This document shows positions 59,069-64,000 of a stretch of DNA of 64,000 nt, in pieces. The DNA comes from Dehalococcoidia bacterium (GTDB lineage: Bacteria; Chloroflexota; Dehalococcoidia; Plut-88900). A model generated the notes under the pieces. It did not search any database and was not told the origin of the DNA. It saw only the letters and a list, made by a program, of their open reading frames with translations. The stretch covers positions 3,147,321 through 3,211,320 of the forward strand of contig OZ240219.1 in NCBI GenBank assembly GCA_965197645.1, given 5' to 3'. Every line of letters starts with the position of its first letter. The first letter of the stretch is position 1. The position numbers were made by a program, and so were the translations under genes.

Positions 59069-59137
59069 GGGACTTGGACAAAACGGCGTCCCAGGGACTT
59101 GGATTCATACAAGCCGGAAATTCGGGAGGGACTTGGA
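59069..59137 (+). repeat. Three GGGACTTGGA direct repeats in the divergent promoter region
   Basis: Exact 10-mers at 59069, 59094 and 59128. Confidence 0.8.
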
Positions 59138-59182
59138 TAATCCCCGGCGGTGACTCGGGGTTTTTGGAAGGAGGCGTTGACG

Positions 59183-60007
59183 ATGAAATCACGGGAGCCG
59201 GTCTTCGAGAAGAGCCGGAGCGTTGAGGACGTGCACCACCTGCGGCTGATGGCGCTGCTGCGGGAGCTGGTGCGAAACAAGGGGGTGATGAAGGCGACCC
59301 AGGAGCTGAGCGTGGACTACAGAACGCTGACCAACAGTCTGAAGGACGGCAGGCTGTCCAGGCGGATGCGCCAGGCGTTGGAGAAGGCGCTGCTGGAGGG
59401 CGGGGGCTCGCCCGCAGCCGAGCAGCGGGAGCGCAACGACGGGCTGGAGGAGGAGCTGAAGGAAGTGAAGGGACAGGTCGAGGCGTTGGCGAAGGACCTG
59501 AGCAAGGGCGTCGCGGCAGTCCAGGGGGACGGGAAGGCGCTCAGAGACGAGCATGCGCAGCTGAAGCGCCGGGTGGCGGCGCTCGAAGCGGGCGGCGACG
59601 CTGAGGACCCGGGGGAGGAGGCGAACGAGGCGGGCGGGCCGGCGAAGGGGCGGACCGCGCCCTGGCGGGAGTACCCCGATCTCGTGACCCGTGAGGCTGC
59701 GGAGGGCGACGAGGAGGTCTTCGGTAAGGCCTGGCCGCTCATCGCAGAGTGGCGGGAGCTGAGGGACGCGCACCCGAACCGGGGCGGTGGCCCTGAGTGG
59801 CTGCGGTCCGAGGAGCGTCTGCTGGTGATGGAGCTGACGCTGCTCGAAGAGCACGGCATGACGCTTCCGCCGGAGAAACAGCCGCTGCGGGACTTCGCTC
59901 GGAACGGGCAGATCAACTGGCGCAGGACAGCGCTCTCCGACACGCGGAGGGCGCTGAGAAAGTGGGAGCTTCTGCGGCGGTTGACCTTCGGGCTGTGGGG
60001 GCGGTAG
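59183..60007 (+). CDS. HTH-like + coiled-coil protein
   Basis: AAGGAGG RBS; KGVMKATQELSVDYRTL HTH-like segment; heptad-rich middle. Confidence 0.7.
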   Translation: MKSREPVFEKSRSVEDVHHLRLMALLRELVRNKGVMKATQELSVDYRTLTNSLKDGRLSRRMRQALEKALLEGGGSPAAEQRERNDGLEEELKEVKGQVEALAKDLSKGVAAVQGDGKALRDEHAQLKRRVAALEAGGDAEDPGEEANEAGGPAKGRTAPWREYPDLVTREAAEGDEEVFGKAWPLIAEWRELRDAHPNRGGGPEWLRSEERLLVMELTLLEEHGMTLPPEKQPLRDFARNGQINWRRTALSDTRRALRKWELLRRLTFGLWGR

Positions 60008-60251
60008 CGGGCCACTTTCTGCGTCACGCAGTTTGAGGCAACTTTTCGGCAAGAAAAAAGCCACCAAAGAGCCATCAAAGGCAGTGATTCGTGCGGGGGG
60101 TCACGAAAGACCTTTCCATCGGGTGTCGGCTGCGGTAATAATTGATGCAGTTTCAGGCTTTTCCAGCGTTTCCCGCCCTAGAAACCTGGGGGCATTTCCC
60201 TAAAGCCCGGGCTGCACCGAAAAGGTCGCCCAAGAGGGATGCTGCCGATGC

Positions 60252-60603
60252 GGAGTGACTAAGCCCTTCGCAGGCAGCGTTGGCCGAATCGACGGAGTGA
60301 TAAGCCCTTCGTCCTCGGCCTCGTTCGGTGGGTTGGAGTGATAAGCCCTTCTCCCACCGGGCACGTTCGGCGGTTGGAGTGATAAGCCCTTCTCCCGCCG
60401 GGCACCTGTCTGGCGGTTGGAGTTTGATCGCTTCATCCGCTGGACACCTTGTCTTACGGTCGGGGTTGATCGCTCCTTCCGTTGGGCACCCGTCCGGCGA
60501 GATGGAGTTTGATCGCTTCTCCGCTGGACGACGGGGACGGAGCGCCTTCTGCGCCTCGTCCTCACCCGGTCGGTCGGAGTGCGTTTTCGCCCCGGCCGAC
60601 TCC
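60252..60603. repeat. Degenerate tandem array, ~42-bp period, 7 clear and 2 decayed units
   Basis: Unit starts at 60252, 60294, 60335, 60376, 60419, 60462, 60504, 60539, 60576; cores GGAGTGATAAGCCCTTC and GGAGTTTGATCGCTTC. Confidence 0.85.
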
Positions 60604-60858
60604 ACATGCCTGCGACGTGGCTGTCTGACAGTCATGCCGCAGCTTCGACACGCGCCGGTCTGCGACTGAGAAGCAGGCTGGCCGCTTCACGTCAGGCAGC
60701 TTTCCCCAACCCGGACGCTATCCACCCTGGGCGAGCTGCGTCTTCTTTCACCCCACTCCGTCTTCCGCGTTCGACATGCGTCAGTGGGCGGAGTGCGTCT
60801 TCGGAACGGAGTCACGGGTTCAACGGCAACGGCACACACATCAGCAAGGAGGTAACGA

Positions 60859-61377
60859 ATGGCGGCAACGGAACGGACACAGGCCAATGAAGGAGGTACG
60901 GGCATGGCGGAACAGTACGTGGGACCGAGCGCGATCAGGATCGCCAACCTGCTGGGGCACCGGGTCAGCTTCGAGCGGGGCTGGTTCTGGACGACGACGG
61001 CGGTCTGTCACGGCGGCAAGTCGGACGGGCTGGCGTTTCGGCAGCGACCGGACGGCAACGGCATCGAGGTCAAGTGCCACACCGGGGGCTGCTCGGCCGG
61101 CGTGGTGATAACCGAGCTTGAGGCGCTCATCGGGCTGCCCATCTGGACGGCCTACGCACAGGTGCATGACACCCCGGTCAAGGCCCCTGAGAAGCAGCCG
61201 TGGTGGAAGCGGAAGAAGGTCATGGTGGCCGGGGCGGTGGTCCTGGTCGTTGCGGCGCCGCTGATAACCGGCGACGTGGAGCTGTTCTTCCTGAACCTCG
61301 TCGGGCTGGGCATCGGGGCGCTGCTGCTCCGCCGGTTCATGCCCCGGCGTCCGGTAGGCAGGCCGCCTCGACGCTGA
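60859..61377 (+). CDS. Zn-finger-like domain with C-terminal membrane hairpin
   Basis: VCHGG...VKCHTGGC resembles a primase-type Zn-binding domain; WWKRKK then two TM helices. Confidence 0.65.
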   Translation: MAATERTQANEGGTGMAEQYVGPSAIRIANLLGHRVSFERGWFWTTTAVCHGGKSDGLAFRQRPDGNGIEVKCHTGGCSAGVVITELEALIGLPIWTAYAQVHDTPVKAPEKQPWWKRKKVMVAGAVVLVVAAPLITGDVELFFLNLVGLGIGALLLRRFMPRRPVGRPPRR

Positions 61378-61419
61378 CAACGGGGGTCTCAGGCTCCTTC
61401 ATACCCATTCCCAACACGC

Positions 61420-61457
61420 AAGGGCCGTCTCCCATCCGGGGGCGGCCCTTCTTCTTT
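61420..61457 (+). terminator. Probable intrinsic terminator
   Basis: AAGGGCCGTCTCC...GGGGGCGGCCCTT hairpin followed by CTTCTTT. Confidence 0.6.
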
Positions 61458-61514
61458 GCCCGCAAGCGGGCGCAGATCGAAGGCAACAAATCAAGGGCAC
61501 TTAGGAGGTGCACG

Positions 61515-62000
61515 ATGACGACGGCAACACTGGTAGCAGGCAATCGGACGATGGACACGGTGGACAGGCCCCGGCGCAGCCTGGAGGAGCTGGTCGACCA
61601 GCTCATGGCGGCGATGGGATTCAAGGAGCAGGAGCCGCAGACGGCATCGGCGACGGAGATACCGAGCGTGGCCAAGAGCGTCCACGAGGCCCGGCGTCTC
61701 CGTCAGGCGGGAGACGTCGACGGCGCGCTGGCGGTCCTCGCCGGCGTGGACGCGGCGACAGCGGAGACGAAGGAGGCTCGGTGGGCCTTCTCCGAGTGGA
61801 CGCAGCTGGTGAAGCGGCGGTTCGGCGGCCGCGGCGCCCTGGTCTACAGCCAGGGCACGGGACGGGCCGCTGCGCTGGTTCCCACCGGCGACGGCGGGAC
61901 GCTGGAGGTCGCGGCGGTCCTGGGGATGCGCTGGCGGCCGGGCAAGGTCGTCTCGGGGCGCAGCCTCCGGGGGCTCAGGCCCCTGACCGGAGGCGCGTGA
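61515..62000 (+). CDS. Hypothetical protein
   Basis: AGGAGG RBS before ATG at 61515; TGATG-coupled to the primase. Confidence 0.7.
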   Translation: MTTATLVAGNRTMDTVDRPRRSLEELVDQLMAAMGFKEQEPQTASATEIPSVAKSVHEARRLRQAGDVDGALAVLAGVDAATAETKEARWAFSEWTQLVKRRFGGRGALVYSQGTGRAAALVPTGDGGTLEVAAVLGMRWRPGKVVSGRSLRGLRPLTGGA

Positions 62001-63064
62001 TGGTCACGGTCAACGTGGACATACCCGCGCTGAAGGCCCGGCACCCGCTGGGCGACACGGTGGAGGCCGCCGGGGTGCGGCTCAGGGGACGGGGCAGGGT
62101 CCGCCAGGGCGTCTGCCCCTTCCACGACGAAGTCGAAGGCAGCTTCACGGTGTACGCCGACTCGGAGCGCTTCTATTGCTTCGGGTGCGGACTCGGCGGC
62201 GACGTGCTGGACTTCATCCAGCAGGCCGAGGGGCTGTCGCTGCCGGAGGCCATCGCGCGGCTGGACGGCAGCCCAGGGCTTGCGCCCCGGTCTGCCACTC
62301 GTCCAGCCCCACCGCGGCGGACCTGGGACGCCGCGCTGCCTCCCAGGGACCCCGCCTTGCTGACGGCGGCGGGGCGCTTCTACGCCGGACGGCTCCGGCG
62401 TTCTTCAGAAGCGCGGGCGTACCTGGCCTCCCGGGGCGTCGGCCTGGACGCCGCAGCCCGCCTGGGCCTCGGCTACTCGCCGGGCAACGGGCTGCGGCTG
62501 GCCCTGGAGTCCCTCGGCTTCTCCGAGAAGCGCATCAGGGACTCCGGGCTGTTCATGGAGCGGGGAGCGGAGCGGTTCGCCGGAATGGTCGTCGTCCCCG
62601 ACCCCGTATCGAGTACGGGGCAGGCAGGCGGCCTCGTCCGCTGGCTCGCCGGGCGAGCGGTCGATCCCGACCGGACACCCCGCTTCCAGGCCCTCCCCGG
62701 CCCCAAGCCGGTCCTGGGTCTCGGGCGTCTCGGCCCCGCCCCTGATTGGGCGGTCGTGGCCGAGGGGCTGTTCGACTGGCTCGCCCTTACCGGATGGGGC
62801 ATCCCATCCTGCGCCGCTCTCGGCACGCAGGGCGTTGAGCGGGTCGCCTCGGCCCTCCGGGGCTGCCCCCGCGTCTTCCTCGCCTTCGATGGCGACGACG
62901 CGGGCCTTGAGGCGACGGAGCGGCTTCTGACCCTGCTGGGTCGCAGGGCCGCCGCCGTCACCCTCCCCCAGGGCGTCGGCGACGTGGGCGAGCTTGCGGC
63001 CCTCCCTCACGGACAGGCCGCCTTCCTCCGCCTGCTCTCCCTGGCGGCACGCTCCGCCCGCTAG
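62000..63064 (+). CDS. DnaG-like primase (CHC2 zinc finger + Toprim)
   Basis: CPFHDE...FYCFGCG.GGD, AYLASRG, VAEGLFD, LAFDGDDAG. Confidence 0.9.
   Translation: MVTVNVDIPALKARHPLGDTVEAAGVRLRGRGRVRQGVCPFHDEVEGSFTVYADSERFYCFGCGLGGDVLDFIQQAEGLSLPEAIARLDGSPGLAPRSATRPAPPRRTWDAALPPRDPALLTAAGRFYAGRLRRSSEARAYLASRGVGLDAAARLGLGYSPGNGLRLALESLGFSEKRIRDSGLFMERGAERFAGMVVVPDPVSSTGQAGGLVRWLAGRAVDPDRTPRFQALPGPKPVLGLGRLGPAPDWAVVAEGLFDWLALTGWGIPSCAALGTQGVERVASALRGCPRVFLAFDGDDAGLEATERLLTLLGRRAAAVTLPQGVGDVGELAALPHGQAAFLRLLSLAARSAR
62602..62625. repeat. 24-bp palindromic insert encoding PVSSTGQA (copy 1)
   Basis: CCCCGTATCGAGTACGGGGCAGGC; second copy at 63381-63404. Confidence 0.8.
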
Positions 63065-63315
63065 CGGCTCCCCGCCGCTCCCCAGCGGGCTTCCCCGCCC
63101 GTAGTTCACCCCCCCCACCCTTTCCCTCTATCGGAGCCTGCCGCGCTCCGCTCTCTGGCGGGCTTCCCGGCCCGCTTCTTGCCCATTCCCACTCAAGCCG
63201 CACAGGAGGTCCTATGCCCGATTCACGACGGGCTTCGCCCGCCCACGGATTCCCATAGGGGGAGTCCGCCCATCGGCCATTCGCTACAGGAACACACCAC
63301 AAGAAGGAGATTGAG

Positions 63316-64000
63316 ATGTTCAACAAGAACGGAAGCAACAACGGAAACGGGAGCGCGAACGGCGTCCACAAGGAGACCGCCCCCGTGTCGAGCACGGGGC
63401 AGGCTATTGCCGCCCGGAACGGCAACGGGCACAAGCCCGACGCCGCCATCCCCGCCGAGCACGACCTGCTCTGGGACGGGCTCTCGCCCGCCGTCACGCA
63501 GGCGCTCGGACAGCCCCTAGACTCCGAGTTGGTCTCCCAGCGCAAGGGGCGCGGCGGCAAGTCCTTCGACTACCTCGAAGGCCACCTCGTCATCGCCCAG
63601 GCCAACCGGATATTCGGCTACGGCGGCTGGGGCTACGAACTGGTCGGGGACGTCACCCTGCGCCGGATCGAGACGGTCAACCCCCAGACCGGCGAGGTGA
63701 AGGTGGAACAGGGCTACAGCGCCCCGGTGCGGGTCTCCGTGGCGGGCGCCCTGCCCCGCACGGATGTCGGCGTCCACCCGGTGGCGGAGGAGACCTTCGA
63801 CGGCCACGACACGGCCATCAAGGGCGCGGTCACGGACGGATTGAAGCGGGCGTTCCGCAGCTTCGGCGTCCAGTTCGGCAACGCTTTCTACGGCGACCAG
63901 CCGCAGGTCGGCAACCAGCCGCAACCGCAGCGCGTCCCCGCCCCGTCCAACGGCAGGTCCGGGCAGGCCCAGGCCAACGGCAAGGGCCGCAATGAGTCCC
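63316..64000 (+). CDS. Rad52/Rad22 (Sak)-family ssDNA annealing protein (3' partial; absent from the ORF track)
   Basis: Manual translation: VSQRKGRGGKSFDYLEGHLVIAQANRIFGYGGW...AIKGAVTDGLKRAFRSFG.QFGN; AAGGAG RBS. Confidence 0.92.
   Translation, partial: MFNKNGSNNGNGSANGVHKETAPVSSTGQAIAARNGNGHKPDAAIPAEHDLLWDGLSPAVTQALGQPLDSELVSQRKGRGGKSFDYLEGHLVIAQANRIFGYGGWGYELVGDVTLRRIETVNPQTGEVKVEQGYSAPVRVSVAGALPRTDVGVHPVAEETFDGHDTAIKGAVTDGLKRAFRSFGVQFGNAFYGDQPQVGNQPQPQRVPAPSNGRSGQAQANGKGRNES
63381..63404. repeat. 24-bp palindromic insert encoding PVSSTGQA (copy 2)
   Basis: CCCCGTGTCGAGCACGGGGCAGGC; compensatory A-T to G-C change versus copy 1. Confidence 0.8.

Larger units (their letters stand above)
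29734..64000. mobile_element. Integrative conjugative element with defence cargo; extends beyond the window
   Basis: Integrase at left end plus relaxase, VirD4, VirB4, pilins, PrgI, VirB6, primase and Rad52/Sak; exact att sites not identified. Confidence 0.8.

Noticed and set aside
60252-60603. CRISPR array interpretation of the 42-bp array
   Set aside because: Cores are short and drift, linkers are homologous to each other rather than unique spacers, and no cas gene is in the window; the adjacent protein also shows no Nop-like features suggesting TIGR-Tas
62000-64000. Prophage call based on primase and Sak
   Set aside because: No structural, terminase or lysis genes; the context is a conjugation module

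Overview
The window has three parts. (1) 1-25.5 kb is GC-rich housekeeping and metabolic DNA: hsp20 end, M20 hydrolase, thrC-like/NIL/MoaD cluster, ggt, alaS-ruvX-aroE-aroC-aroKB, otsA, galU, lepA, two luciferase-like monooxygenases, NIPSNAP and tRNA-Leu(TAG). The gene content suggests a Dehalococcoidia/SAR202-like Chloroflexota host (inference). (2) 25.6-29.7 kb holds two accessory exported lipoprotein genes. (3) From about 29.7 kb to past the window end lies an integrative conjugative element (ICE): large serine recombinase, Replic_Relax-type relaxase, VirD4, frameshifted VirB4, two pilins, PrgI-like, VirB6-like, DnaG-like primase and Rad52/Sak. Inside it is a visibly lower-GC, co-oriented 10-gene, ~14 kb defence-like operon (31.7-45.9 kb). 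Its order is: unannotated RHH regulator, C5 methyltransferase, MORC/GHKL ATPase, Z1 helicase-like, DUF4420-like nuclease, MIG/MutY-like glycosylase, ParB-like, PD-QxA nuclease-like, PUA/EVE-HNH, and a 1401-aa sacsin-like ATPase-HNH. This is the best candidate for an undescribed system. Non-coding highlights: a ~42-bp-period degenerate array (60.25-60.6 kb), a covarying 24-bp hairpin inserted in-frame in two ICE genes, a terminated structured leader before the integrase, and a structured ~190-nt leader before otsA. All calls come from reading motifs by eye; no database searches were run.
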